Made by a program: the position numbers and the translations under genes. Below are positions 1 through 7,653 of a stretch of DNA of 39,201 bases, in pieces. The stretch spans positions 1 to 39,201 of IMG/VR virus record IMGVR_UViG_3300008255_000058; one strand, written 5' to 3'. The notes under the pieces were generated by a model. The model made no database searches, was not told where the DNA came from, and saw only the letters and a program-made list of their open reading frames with translations. The number at the start of each line of letters is the position of its first letter. Within the stretch, counting starts at the first letter, position 1. This stretch comes from a virus. Taxonomy: Duplodnaviria; Caudoviricetes.

Positions 1-123
1 GCAAAATAAGCGCCCGCCGCAACGACGTAGGCCACGAACGGCACAAGCTCGACCGGAATGATATCGAACCCCGGAAACAGGAACGTATCGACAGCCACGA
101 CAGCCGAGCCGCCGATCGCGCCA
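1..123. repeat. Direct terminal repeat, copy 1 (circular assembly overlap)
   Basis: 1-123 is identical to 39079-39201, and an ORF reads in frame across the junction. Confidence 0.95.
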
Positions 124-167
124 TAATCCACGGCCCGCTCGGCCCATTTTGTCTGCTCTGGTGTCAT
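1..167 (-). CDS. Junction-spanning 76-aa two-TM membrane protein, holin candidate (5' part; continues at 39078 down to 39015)
   Basis: AGGAG RBS at 176-180, ATG at 167; translates MTPEQTKWAERAVDYGAIGGSAVVAVDTFLFPGFDIIPVELVPFVAYVVAAGAYFAAVKWARRFKTFEPGKSKPKA; two hydrophobic segments and a basic C-tail; absent from the ORF track. Confidence 0.75.
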   Translation of the reverse strand, partial: MTPEQTKWAERAVDYGAIGGSAVVAVDTFLFPGFDIIPVELVPFVAYVVAAGAYF

Positions 168-187
168 GTGCTCGTCTCCTCGGTAAC

Positions 188-507
188 AACACTGGAAAGC
201 AGGCGCGTGGAAACGCACGTCCCGGCGTGGGGGATGGGGATGGCACCGGACCGCGACGCGCCTGCTTACCTGTAGTGTCAGAAAAAGGCGCCGCTGCGGA
301 ATTCAAGTCAAAGAGGCCCGCAACGGCGCCAGGGGAATGCCAACGGCCCGGAGGAACCGAAGGTGGCACGCCCGGCGGATGGGTGTACGCCGGGAATTCA
401 GAATGAGTTTTCCTAATGGTGGCCCGACCTCGCGATTGCGGTCAGTCTGCCCCGTTCCACTACTCCCCGGCTCCGACACATGCCTGCCTGGGGATCGAGT
501 AGCTTCA
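188..507 (-). ncRNA. Long structured late-operon leader or candidate sRNA (six hairpins)
   Basis: Inverted repeats at 459-503, 425-444, 371-394, 337-369, 287-330 and 188-279; C-rich loops on the - strand; no credible ORF. Confidence 0.55.
282..330 (-). terminator. Intrinsic terminator in the late leader (tR'-like)
   Basis: GGCGCCGTTGCGGG...TCCGCAGCGGCGCC stem followed by TTTTT on the - strand. Confidence 0.65.
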
Positions 508-513
508 ACGACC

Positions 514-543
514 GTTATGTTGCAGCACGCTACAGTTCGTCAA
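514..543 (-). promoter_or_regulatory. Putative late promoter (pR'-like)
   Basis: TTGACG (543-538), 18 bp, CATAAC (519-514), immediately downstream of the NusG-like gene. Confidence 0.5.
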
Positions 544-554
544 GCCCTCGCGTA

Positions 555-1109
555 TCAGGCGATTTTCACGGCCGACTCAACCGGCACCGTGAAATCGAAC
601 ATGCTGTCGTCGAAATCGACCCGCGCCTGGTCACCGAAAACCCCGACAACGACTCCCTTCTTGCCCGTGAACGGATAGGTCAGGACACCGATCCGGTCGC
701 CGACCTTGAGTCGCTGCTTGCCCGCACGCGCCGCGCGCTGGATATTGTCGACATCGGTATCGAACATCAGCTCGCCCGGTGGATTCCTGAGCCATTCCAC
801 ACCCTTCGCTGAAAGGCGCGGGGCAACATCAGACCCGCATGGCAGGCGCATGCGCCGGATCCCGAGGTCAAGACCTGCGATCGTGCTGACGTCTTCGTCG
901 CCGCGCACCTCGACAAAGACGTGCTCCCATAACGCTGGAACGGGCCGGTGAAGGTCAGGGCGCCGCGACTTGACCGTGTGGTGCGATCGCAGCGAACGCG
1001 CGAAACAGAACAACCAGACCACGTCGAGGCCTGCCTTTCGCAGCTCGCTGACCGCTTCGCGCTGGTGTCGCCGCGCGATCGTGTAAATGTACCAGCCTGG
1101 CACGATCAT
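555..1109 (-). CDS. NusG-family transcription antiterminator (NGN + KOW)
   Basis: N-terminal WYIYT; PALWEHVFVEV resembles NusG PLFPGYVFV; KOW-like LKVGDRIGVLTYPFTGKKGVV; ATG 1109 overlaps the upstream stop (ATGA); occupies the lambda-Q position. Confidence 0.85.
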   Translation of the reverse strand: MIVPGWYIYTIARRHQREAVSELRKAGLDVVWLFCFARSLRSHHTVKSRRPDLHRPVPALWEHVFVEVRGDEDVSTIAGLDLGIRRMRLPCGSDVAPRLSAKGVEWLRNPPGELMFDTDVDNIQRAARAGKQRLKVGDRIGVLTYPFTGKKGVVVGVFGDQARVDFDDSMFDFTVPVESAVKIA

Positions 1110-2287
1110 GTGGTCGGGTCCTCGTCGTCGCGCGTGACTTGCGGGGGCGTGGCAAGGTCCCATGCGATCGTGCGTCGATACGTCTCGTAGAACGGGTTAC
1201 CGTGACGTGCTGCGCGCAGCTGCTGCGCTGAATTGCCGACGACCTGCGCATCATCACTGTATGCCCGCAGTGCGCTATGCCCCATTTGGAAAAGCCGTTC
1301 CCGGTACTCGTGATCAAGGCGTCGCAACAAATCGCTGTGCTGCACCTCATTGCGCACCGGCACGGTCACACGCAAGGCAAGCTGTTCTGCGGCCCGCATG
1401 TGGGACTGAACCGGCTGGGCATTGTGAAGGGCCTTGTGCTGGTTGATCTCCGTGCGATCATAAGCGCCTTTGACAAACTCGACCGTGCTCTGTCCGTGAT
1501 GACTTTCGAGGTGATAGTACCGCCTTTCGCCTGCGTGCATCTTCGCCGCAAACCCGCTGCCGCCTACACAGTGCTGCATGCGCGCGCCTTCCACGATCAA
1601 AGCGCCGCCGCTGGTCAGCGCCGTGCAGATAACGCCATCGATCTCGATCTCCTGCGGATCCTTGCCAATATCGACCCGGACCTGATGCATGGGCCTGTTT
1701 GCCTCTTTCAGCGCGCGCTCGGTCCGCATCGACCCAGCCCACCGGTCATGCTCCTCGCGGATCCGCTTGGGCGACCAGTCAAACCGCTGCCCGTGATGCT
1801 GAAAATAGTCGATGATCTGCCCCATGTCCGTGCCGAGGTCGATCTCGTCGCGGTGCCGGATAGCCCAGGTCAGCGCCTCGCATGAAGTGCCATCCAGCCT
1901 CCCCATGACGGCGCGAATCGCCGATTGGCTTTGACGCCAATCCTGCATTGCCACCGCGATCACGCGCGGATCGAGCGGCAAGGTCGCATGAAACACCTCG
2001 AACAACGTGTTCATGACCTCGGAGGGGCCGAGCCTGCGAAACACATACGGCACGCCAAGCGCCGCCATGGCTGCCTTGAGCCGGAACCCGCCAGCCGCGC
2101 AGCGCCTGAAAACCGCATCGATCGGCGCGACAGGCGGCAGCAGGGCGAGCGCAGGCGCCGCTGCGATCCAGTCATTGATCGCCGGATGCATCGCGGCCCA
2201 TCGCGCGGCATTGGTCCGCCGCCATCCCGTCAGCCCGTCGGTTGCTTCACGTCGCTTTTTCATCATCGCCTGGTGCTCCTCTGCCAT
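1106..2287 (-). CDS. PcfJ-like domain protein
   Basis: LIVEGARMQHCVGG and STVEF...QHKALHN motifs typical of the PcfJ family. Confidence 0.7.
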   Translation of the reverse strand: MAEEHQAMMKKRREATDGLTGWRRTNAARWAAMHPAINDWIAAAPALALLPPVAPIDAVFRRCAAGGFRLKAAMAALGVPYVFRRLGPSEVMNTLFEVFHATLPLDPRVIAVAMQDWRQSQSAIRAVMGRLDGTSCEALTWAIRHRDEIDLGTDMGQIIDYFQHHGQRFDWSPKRIREEHDRWAGSMRTERALKEANRPMHQVRVDIGKDPQEIEIDGVICTALTSGGALIVEGARMQHCVGGSGFAAKMHAGERRYYHLESHHGQSTVEFVKGAYDRTEINQHKALHNAQPVQSHMRAAEQLALRVTVPVRNEVQHSDLLRRLDHEYRERLFQMGHSALRAYSDDAQVVGNSAQQLRAARHGNPFYETYRRTIAWDLATPPQVTRDDEDPTT

Positions 2288-2289
2288 GC

Positions 2290-2994
2290 TCAGTCGTTCG
2301 CAATCAGCCTCAGTCGGGGCTGGTCCTCGACCCGGATCTCGTAACCGTGTTTTTCTGCCTCCTGGCAGATCGCCCTGAAGGCCTCTGCCGCAACGCCGTG
2401 CGGTCCGGCGATGAAAGTGCGTCCCTCGAGGGCCAGTACGGACTCACGCAGGCGGTCAACGTCACGCAGGCTGACTGCCGGCCGCAGTGTCGCCTCCCGG
2501 GCAATGGCGCGAAACACCGCGACGGCATCGGCCGACAGGGTCGAAAGGACTTTTTGCTTTTCTGGTCCGGTCGGGATTGGGTCCTCTGCTACGTAAGTAG
2601 CAGGACCCAATCCTTTGGATTGGGTTACTTCAGCATTTGCTTGAGCTGCGCGCTGTTTTTGCTGCGTTTTTCGGCCACCCTTTGAACCATTCTGTTGCAA
2701 TTTTGTTACCTTTTTGTCATAGGCAGCAAGCAGGGCGTCGATCTTCTTGTGCCTGACAATGTCGTCCGAAACGAGAAATTTTCGTCGCAGGACTGGCCAG
2801 GCAACCTCGAACTGCCGAGGCGTCAGACGCGCCATGTTGGCAAGCGCCTCGGCATTGTTTGCCACCTCCCCGCCCTGGTCAAATATGCACCAGCACAGGT
2901 CCAGGTAAGCGCCGCGCCACTTCGACGGAATCTCATAGGTTCCGCCGCGCCAGTCATCTCCGTAAAACAGCATTGCCTTCGGCTTCCTAACCAC
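2290..2994 (-). CDS. DUF1376/YdaU-family replication initiation protein
   Basis: MLFYGDDWRGGT...RGAYLDL...LANMAR...NGSKGGRK pattern. Confidence 0.8.
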   Translation of the reverse strand: MVRKPKAMLFYGDDWRGGTYEIPSKWRGAYLDLCWCIFDQGGEVANNAEALANMARLTPRQFEVAWPVLRRKFLVSDDIVRHKKIDALLAAYDKKVTKLQQNGSKGGRKTQQKQRAAQANAEVTQSKGLGPATYVAEDPIPTGPEKQKVLSTLSADAVAVFRAIAREATLRPAVSLRDVDRLRESVLALEGRTFIAGPHGVAAEAFRAICQEAEKHGYEIRVEDQPRLRLIAND

Positions 2995-3367
2995 GCGTGC
3001 TCACCCGGCGTCTCGGCTTCTTCTGCTCAAGGCAGCGCAGCTCGAACAGCGACTTGCCGCCAGCGCCTGCAACGAGCTGCAGATCGTTCGCGCGCAGCAT
3101 TTTTCCAAGCGACGCGTTGAACCGATTGACCCAGCGCATGTTCGGCAAGTACAGGTGCCCGGCCTTGCTGTCAGTGATCGACAGGCAGAGCTTGTGCACC
3201 TCCTCGATCGACTCGTCGCCGACGCCTGCCAGCAGCCGGTCAAGCCGGTTGGCCGACTCCGGATCGAGCGGGATGCACTGGCCGCTCAGCAGTTCAACAT
3301 CATGGGTACCGCAGGTCATGTCCGACCCTCCAAAGTCCACCCGCGCACGCGGATTGCCGTCAGCCAT
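2987..3367 (-). CDS. Hypothetical protein
   Basis: Probable start MADGN at 3367 with GAGGAGG RBS; overlaps both neighbours. Confidence 0.6.
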   Translation of the reverse strand: MADGNPRARVDFGGSDMTCGTHDVELLSGQCIPLDPESANRLDRLLAGVGDESIEEVHKLCLSITDSKAGHLYLPNMRWVNRFNASLGKMLRANDLQLVAGAGGKSLFELRCLEQKKPRRRVSTRG

Positions 3368-3935
3368 TCGTCGCCTCCTCAAACTTGCCAGCCTCGTTGC
3401 CCCAGGCATCCCAGCCCGGGCGGTGCTGGCGTGAAAACAGTTCTACCCGCCGCACGCTGGGCATGAGCGCCTCGGCCGCTGCAAACGCCTCGTCGGGCTT
3501 GCGGGAATGTTCGCGCCGAGGGCCCTCGATCACCGATCGGGTCGCGCGCGTTGTTTTTGGCTTGCCGCGCGTGCCGAGCAGGAACGGCTCGCTCGCGCAG
3601 CGCAGCAGGTAGCCCGTGCCAAATGCCAGCTTTCCGGAGGCGCCGCGCTTCACCCAGACGCCGCTCGTCTTGTACTGGAAGCCCCATGCCGCCATCACGT
3701 GCAGCGCCTGGGGCACCATCGGGTGTGTCGCCCAGAGCCAGAGCAGGCTGTCACGCGCCGCGAGTTGCTCGACAGGCAGCGCCGCGATGCGGTCCAGCGT
3801 CATGCAGTCGTAATGCGCCGCTGGCGCTCTGTGCTTTCCCTGCTCTGACCACGCCGCAAAGGACCAGGGCGGATCCGCCATGATCATCCCGTACCCGCCG
3901 GCCGGCCGGTCCTGGCTGAATGCAGCCAGCGTCAA
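3360..3935 (-). CDS. MT-A70 family N6-adenine methyltransferase
   Basis: IMADPPW catalytic motif, LWLWAT, WGFQYKT, GTGYLLR, EHSRKP, ELFSR, GWDAWGNE; probable TTG start at 3935 overlapping the upstream stop. Confidence 0.9.
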   Translation of the reverse strand: MTLAAFSQDRPAGGYGMIMADPPWSFAAWSEQGKHRAPAAHYDCMTLDRIAALPVEQLAARDSLLWLWATHPMVPQALHVMAAWGFQYKTSGVWVKRGASGKLAFGTGYLLRCASEPFLLGTRGKPKTTRATRSVIEGPRREHSRKPDEAFAAAEALMPSVRRVELFSRQHRPGWDAWGNEAGKFEEATNG

Positions 3936-4045
3936 AATGTGCCTCCCGCCATCCCGGCCAATGCCAGCACGGCCATGTAGGCCGTCAGGATCGCGGCAAT
4001 CGCCGCGAGATCCGCAATACGTGTGTCGTCCCCAGCCATTCGCAC
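3932..4045 (-). CDS. Small single-TM protein
   Basis: (V/M)RMAGDDTRIADLAAIAAILTAYMAVLALAGMAGGTF; stop overlaps the methylase start. Confidence 0.5.
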   Translation of the reverse strand: MRMAGDDTRIADLAAIAAILTAYMAVLALAGMAGGTF

Positions 4046-4152
4046 TACCGGGCTCCCATGATGATCGTGCCGATCGCAAGGACGACCAGGACACAGCAGG
4101 TATTGAACAGGGCCGCGCAGGCAATTGCCTTGCGTGACGGCCGCCATGTCAC
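4045..4152 (-). CDS. 35-aa hydrophobic peptide
   Basis: GTG at 4152 overlaps the upstream TGA; MTWRPSRKAIACAALFNTCCVLVVLAIGTIIMGAR; below the ORF-track cutoff. Confidence 0.5.
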   Translation of the reverse strand: MTWRPSRKAIACAALFNTCCVLVVLAIGTIIMGAR

Positions 4153-4442
4153 CCGGCGCATACATGCCTCCGTGACCATTCCGGGCCAGCTAACGTTATG
4201 GGCGGCGGTGTGCGCTGGGCCGGGGCCTGCAACAACAGGTCCTTGCCCGACAGGCCCCGGCTTTTCTGGAACCGCTTGCGCGCGCCGATCATCATCGTGA
4301 TCGACTGCACCGACAACCGGCCTTCAAGGTCCGGCCACCGTTCCAGGACTTCAGGGTGAATGTCCCGGCAGCGCCGGCCCTTGGTGTACTCCCCGAAAAC
4401 GTACTGCTGTACCTCGGAACTATACTTGCTTCGGTTCTTCAC
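4149..4442 (-). CDS. Hypothetical protein, possibly HTH-like
   Basis: GTG start with GGAG RBS; tightly packed in the early operon. Confidence 0.6.
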   Translation of the reverse strand: MKNRSKYSSEVQQYVFGEYTKGRRCRDIHPEVLERWPDLEGRLSVQSITMMIGARKRFQKSRGLSGKDLLLQAPAQRTPPPITLAGPEWSRRHVCAG

Positions 4443-4728
4443 TTTCCATGTCTCCCAGCTCTTTTCGCAGGTCCTTCACCGTTTTGAGGCTGACCCGCGT
4501 ATCCCGGCTCACCGCACTGTCGGTAAGCCCCTCATCGATCAGCCGGCATGCGCGCAGCAGCCGACTGTCAAATGCCTTGCTATCGCCCTCGAACCCGATG
4601 CGCCGCGCCGTCGTCGCAACCGAACCGGGCGGAATTTCCAGGAGCTGGGCGACCTCGCGAAACGTCTTGCCCTGGACAAGCAGCGCCTCAATCTGAGCGT
4701 CTCGTCTGGCCCGGTCCGCCGCATTCAT
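4420..4728 (-). CDS. Tandem HTH DNA-binding protein
   Basis: GKTFREVAQLLEIPPGSV and GLTDSAVSRDTRVSLKTV HTH-like motifs; ATG 4728 overlaps the upstream stop. Confidence 0.7.
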   Translation of the reverse strand: MNAADRARRDAQIEALLVQGKTFREVAQLLEIPPGSVATTARRIGFEGDSKAFDSRLLRACRLIDEGLTDSAVSRDTRVSLKTVKDLRKELGDMESEEPKQV

Positions 4729-5030
4729 TTTCCCGCCCCATCGCAACTTGCTATGGACACACCAGAGTATTTGCGGCCTGTTGAAACAAAGAATTTTGAA
4801 ACAGGGGGGAATAGATCATGCTCGAACTGCTCGAACTCGTTCCGCGCGTCTCCATTCATTGCGATTTTGTGGTCGTCGAAAAGCTCATCATTGATGAGTT
4901 CGGAAACACGAAACGCGCGAGCCGCACGGCCATGACACGCGCACTTGCATTTGAGCTGATGCTGGCCCTCGCCGAGGCGCTCGACCAGTCCTGTGCCAGG
5001 TGTGACAATGTTGTTTCGATACGAACTCAT
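4725..5030 (-). CDS. Hypothetical protein in the CII position
   Basis: ATGA-coupled at both ends; no recognisable motif. Confidence 0.45.
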   Translation of the reverse strand: MSSYRNNIVTPGTGLVERLGEGQHQLKCKCACHGRAARAFRVSELINDELFDDHKIAMNGDARNEFEQFEHDLFPPVSKFFVSTGRKYSGVSIASCDGAGK

Positions 5031-5281
5031 CCTGCAAGCTCCGGCGAACGCGGATCAGAATCGTCATAGACGGTGACGGCCTGCAGGAGGTCGAGCGCAT
5101 CGACGCCGGACGCCGCCGCAACGTGCAGTATCCATCCCGGCGCGATCTGCCCGCGCCGGATCCAGTCGCGTACCTGGTGTTCCTTGCACCCGTGGCCGAT
5201 ACGCCAGGCGCGCTTGGCGTGCGACGTGCCAAGTTTCTTCAGGACGTCGGCGTGTACCATGTTGGGATTGCGATCTGTCAT
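5027..5281 (-). CDS. Cro-like HTH regulator
   Basis: Divergent from the repressor; HQVRDWIRRGQIAPGW resembles Cro/YdaS-like helices; start at 5281 or 5260. Confidence 0.7.
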   Translation of the reverse strand: MTDRNPNMVHADVLKKLGTSHAKRAWRIGHGCKEHQVRDWIRRGQIAPGWILHVAAASGVDALDLLQAVTVYDDSDPRSPELAG

Positions 5282-5289
5282 GATGCTTG

Positions 5290-5357
5290 CATAGCTAATT
5301 GCTATGTTTGTGTCCATAGCACCCTGCTATGTTTTTTCGTGGTAGCGTTTTGCTATG
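5290..5357. promoter_or_regulatory. OR-like operators (three palindromes) and pR promoter
   Basis: CATAGC-taatt-GCTATG (5290), CATAGC-accct-GCTATG (5315), GGTAGC-gtttt-GCTATG (5341); - strand TGGACA-17 bp-TATGCA. Confidence 0.85.
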
Positions 5358-5684
5358 CCAAGGGATACATCCATCAAGGCGATTGCCTCCCGAATAAGCC
5401 TGGCGCGGAAAGCGGCCGGATATGAATCCGCTGTTGAGGCGGCCAAGGCGACGCGTATCCACGTGCAGAGCGTCCGCGACCAGGAGGCTGGTCGACGTGG
5501 TGCAGACATTGATGCCCTGAATACTTATGCCCGCGTCTACAAGGTCAGTTTTGAATGGCTCGCCCTCGGCGTCGGCGCGATGCACGCCAATGAAAACACC
5601 CTGCAGTTCTGGGAAAAACGGCTCGACCCTGATTCGCTGCAGGAAGTCGTCGAATTCGCAAAATTCAAAAGCCGGACCGGCTGA
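5355..5684 (+). CDS. CI-like XRE repressor without an S24 peptidase domain
   Basis: RISLARKAAGY-SAVEAAKA...QEAGRR...YARVYKVSFEWLALG XRE HTH; flanked by operators. Confidence 0.85.
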   Translation: MPRDTSIKAIASRISLARKAAGYESAVEAAKATRIHVQSVRDQEAGRRGADIDALNTYARVYKVSFEWLALGVGAMHANENTLQFWEKRLDPDSLQEVVEFAKFKSRTG

Positions 5685-5704
5685 GCCCCTTTTTTTGCCA
5701 AAAA

Positions 5705-5748
5705 AGTAGCAGATTGCTATGGACATGAACATAGCATATCGCTATGTT
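5705..5748. promoter_or_regulatory. OL-like operators (two palindromes) and pL promoter
   Basis: AGTAGC-agatt-GCTATG (5705), CATAGC-atatc-GCTATG (5730); + strand TGGACA (5720)-17 bp-TATGTT (5743). Confidence 0.85.
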
Positions 5749-5776
5749 GCCGCCATCAAAGCTGATGGAGCCCACA

Positions 5777-6073
5777 ATGATTACCCTGCAAGAACGCCTC
5801 GCTGGCCATCCTTGGAAAGCGCCTGACCAGATTGCCGCTGAAGCCGGTGCCGCCGCAGCCAACCGTCTGGCCCCGCAAAAACGCATCTACGACGCGGCCC
5901 AGTCCAGATACACGGCTGCAGAAATGCTCTGGCGCAACATGAGCGATGCCGAGCGCGCTGCAAATCGTGTCTGGTACGAACAGATCCGCGCCATCTTCGA
6001 GCACGTCGCCCACGCCTATCACGGCCCGGTCATCGCTGAACATATCGGCATCGACCTGGGTCGCGTCGCGTAA
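5777..6073 (+). CDS. Hypothetical early protein
   Basis: GGAG RBS before ATG 5777; first gene after pL. Confidence 0.7.
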   Translation: MITLQERLAGHPWKAPDQIAAEAGAAAANRLAPQKRIYDAAQSRYTAAEMLWRNMSDAERAANRVWYEQIRAIFEHVAHAYHGPVIAEHIGIDLGRVA

Positions 6074-6107
6074 GCCTTACAAAGTTTCAAACCAAGGACA
6101 TCCTGAA

Positions 6108-6815
6108 ATGGTGAACTTCCTGACAGCTATAGCATTCGAACGTCACGTCGCTGAAAACGGCGCGGTATTCAAGGGCAACCTCGACCTCCGCGGCTGCACC
6201 GGCCTCGCCGCCCTGCCGGACAATCTCAGCGTCGGCGGCTGGCTCTACCTCAGCGGCTGCACCGGCCTCGCCGCCCTGCCGGACAATCTCAGCGTCGGCG
6301 ATCGTATTACACTGCCCGACCATCTGTGCGGCGAGATGCTGTGGGAAGGCGCGCAGATCCGCGTTGAGAACATTGACGGGATCACCATGGTGATGGACCG
6401 CCATATGCCTGCAGACGGCTTCGATATCTGGAAGGCGCGTTATTTCGGCAAGCCGATCGCTGGCATGGAGTCCTGCTTCATCGCCAGGATAGGCGAGCAC
6501 TACGCCCATGGCGACACGGTGCGCGCCGCGATCGAAGACGCGCGCGAGAAGGTTTTTGCAGGCCAAGGCGCTGCCGATATCGTCGCCGGGATCAAAGCCA
6601 GGGGCGAAGTCAGCTTTGCCGAGTTCCGCGCCCTGACCGGCGCGTGCCGCGAAGGTCTCAGGCAGGGCCTGCAGGAGCGGGGGTTGCCGGGCGACACAGA
6701 GAGCCTTTCGCTTGCCGAGGCCGTCAGGCTGGCAGCGGGGAACTCGTTCGGGGACCGGTTCATCGGTCTGGTATCCGGTGCAGCGCCGGCGAAAAAAGCT
6801 GAAGCTGAGGCGTGA
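6108..6815 (+). CDS. Protein with two 21-aa leucine-rich-like repeats and a C-terminal AHGDT...LTGACREG domain
   Basis: AAGGA RBS, ATG 6108; repeat LxLxGCTGLAALPDNLSVG. Confidence 0.75.
   Translation: MVNFLTAIAFERHVAENGAVFKGNLDLRGCTGLAALPDNLSVGGWLYLSGCTGLAALPDNLSVGDRITLPDHLCGEMLWEGAQIRVENIDGITMVMDRHMPADGFDIWKARYFGKPIAGMESCFIARIGEHYAHGDTVRAAIEDAREKVFAGQGAADIVAGIKARGEVSFAEFRALTGACREGLRQGLQERGLPGDTESLSLAEAVRLAAGNSFGDRFIGLVSGAAPAKKAEAEA
6190..6300 (+). repeat. Intragenic tandem repeat, 63-bp period, 48 bp identical
   Basis: 6190-6237 is identical to 6253-6300. Confidence 0.9.
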
Positions 6816-6818
6816 ACC

Positions 6819-7019
6819 ATGGGCCAGCCGTCACTCAAATATGCAGTCGGCCTCAATGATGAAGGCGCGATCGTGGCGTCAGCTGTGATCCTGGACGCAC
6901 TCGCATGCACCGAGGAGGACGCGCAGGCCTTTTGTTATCGCCATTCCCCGGTAGTGCGTGTGCTCGAGCATGCCGACTATGTGCGCCTGGTCGAGACGAA
7001 GGGATGGGTCGGGATATGA
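6819..7019 (+). CDS. Hypothetical protein
   Basis: GAGG RBS; stop overlaps the next ATG. Confidence 0.6.
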   Translation: MGQPSLKYAVGLNDEGAIVASAVILDALACTEEDAQAFCYRHSPVVRVLEHADYVRLVETKGWVGI

Positions 7020-7474
7020 GCGCAAAGCAAGCCTCTCGTTTGGTCATGACCAGGGAAAAGCTCGACCGCGCAATAGCGTGGCGCGAGCAGGGTAAGTCGT
7101 TGGGCTACATATCGATGCGCATCGATATCAACCCCAAGACAATTGATTACCACCTTCGCAAACTGGGCGTGTTTCCAAACGGGTGGGTTCATCGCGGCGA
7201 CGTGCGGACCAAGCGTTCGTGGGTTGACAAGAATGGCCGCGCCGTCCGCGCTTTTTCCCCGGATGAGGATGCCATTGCGGACCTGACCGGCAGGCCCTGG
7301 AACGGTGAAGCCGTGAAGGCAGAAAATTTAGCTGACCGGCAACGCGGCGAGTTCCTGAAACACGGGCGCAGAGAACTGGCGGCCCTGATGGAGTCACCGC
7401 TCAGCAGCCATGCGCGGATCCGATGCGCCGAGGCAGGAGACTATATTCCGGTCATGAGCGGGGGCTGGAAATGA
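7016..7474 (+). CDS. HTH-containing protein
   Basis: GKSLGYISMRIDINPKTIDYHLRKLG; ATGA coupling at both ends. Confidence 0.65.
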   Translation: MSAKQASRLVMTREKLDRAIAWREQGKSLGYISMRIDINPKTIDYHLRKLGVFPNGWVHRGDVRTKRSWVDKNGRAVRAFSPDEDAIADLTGRPWNGEAVKAENLADRQRGEFLKHGRRELAALMESPLSSHARIRCAEAGDYIPVMSGGWK

Positions 7475-7653
7475 CGGACAACAGAAAGCGCCTTCGCGCA
7501 ACACCGCCAAGCCAGGTGAAAGGCTCGCCGATAGTCAGGGCCGTCTTGAGCAAGGACGAATACCGGAAACTGTACGACATGGCGGCGGTCAAGGGCACCT
7601 CGATCGCCGAGACGCTGCGCAATTTAATCGATATGGCAGAGGATGCACGATGA
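7471..7653 (+). CDS. Ribbon-helix-helix-like small protein
   Basis: IVRAVLSKDEYRKLYDMAAVKGTSIAETLRNLI. Confidence 0.65.
   Translation: MTDNRKRLRATPPSQVKGSPIVRAVLSKDEYRKLYDMAAVKGTSIAETLRNLIDMAEDAR

Noticed and set aside
1-123. Terminal repeat as a biological fixed DTR
   Set aside because: It falls inside a gene and has the size of an assembler overlap; real termini cannot be inferred without read data
417-513. Possible tRNA gene ending in CCACCA
   Set aside because: No cloverleaf, T-loop (GTTCRA) or anticodon arm; kept only as part of the structured leader
2600-2720. AT-rich patch in the DUF1376 gene as replication origin
   Set aside because: Position is plausible, but I could not find a convincing iteron array
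6190-6300. Repeat pair as a DGR template/variable repeat or CRISPR
   Set aside because: No reverse transcriptase or cas gene; the repeat is an in-frame coding duplication
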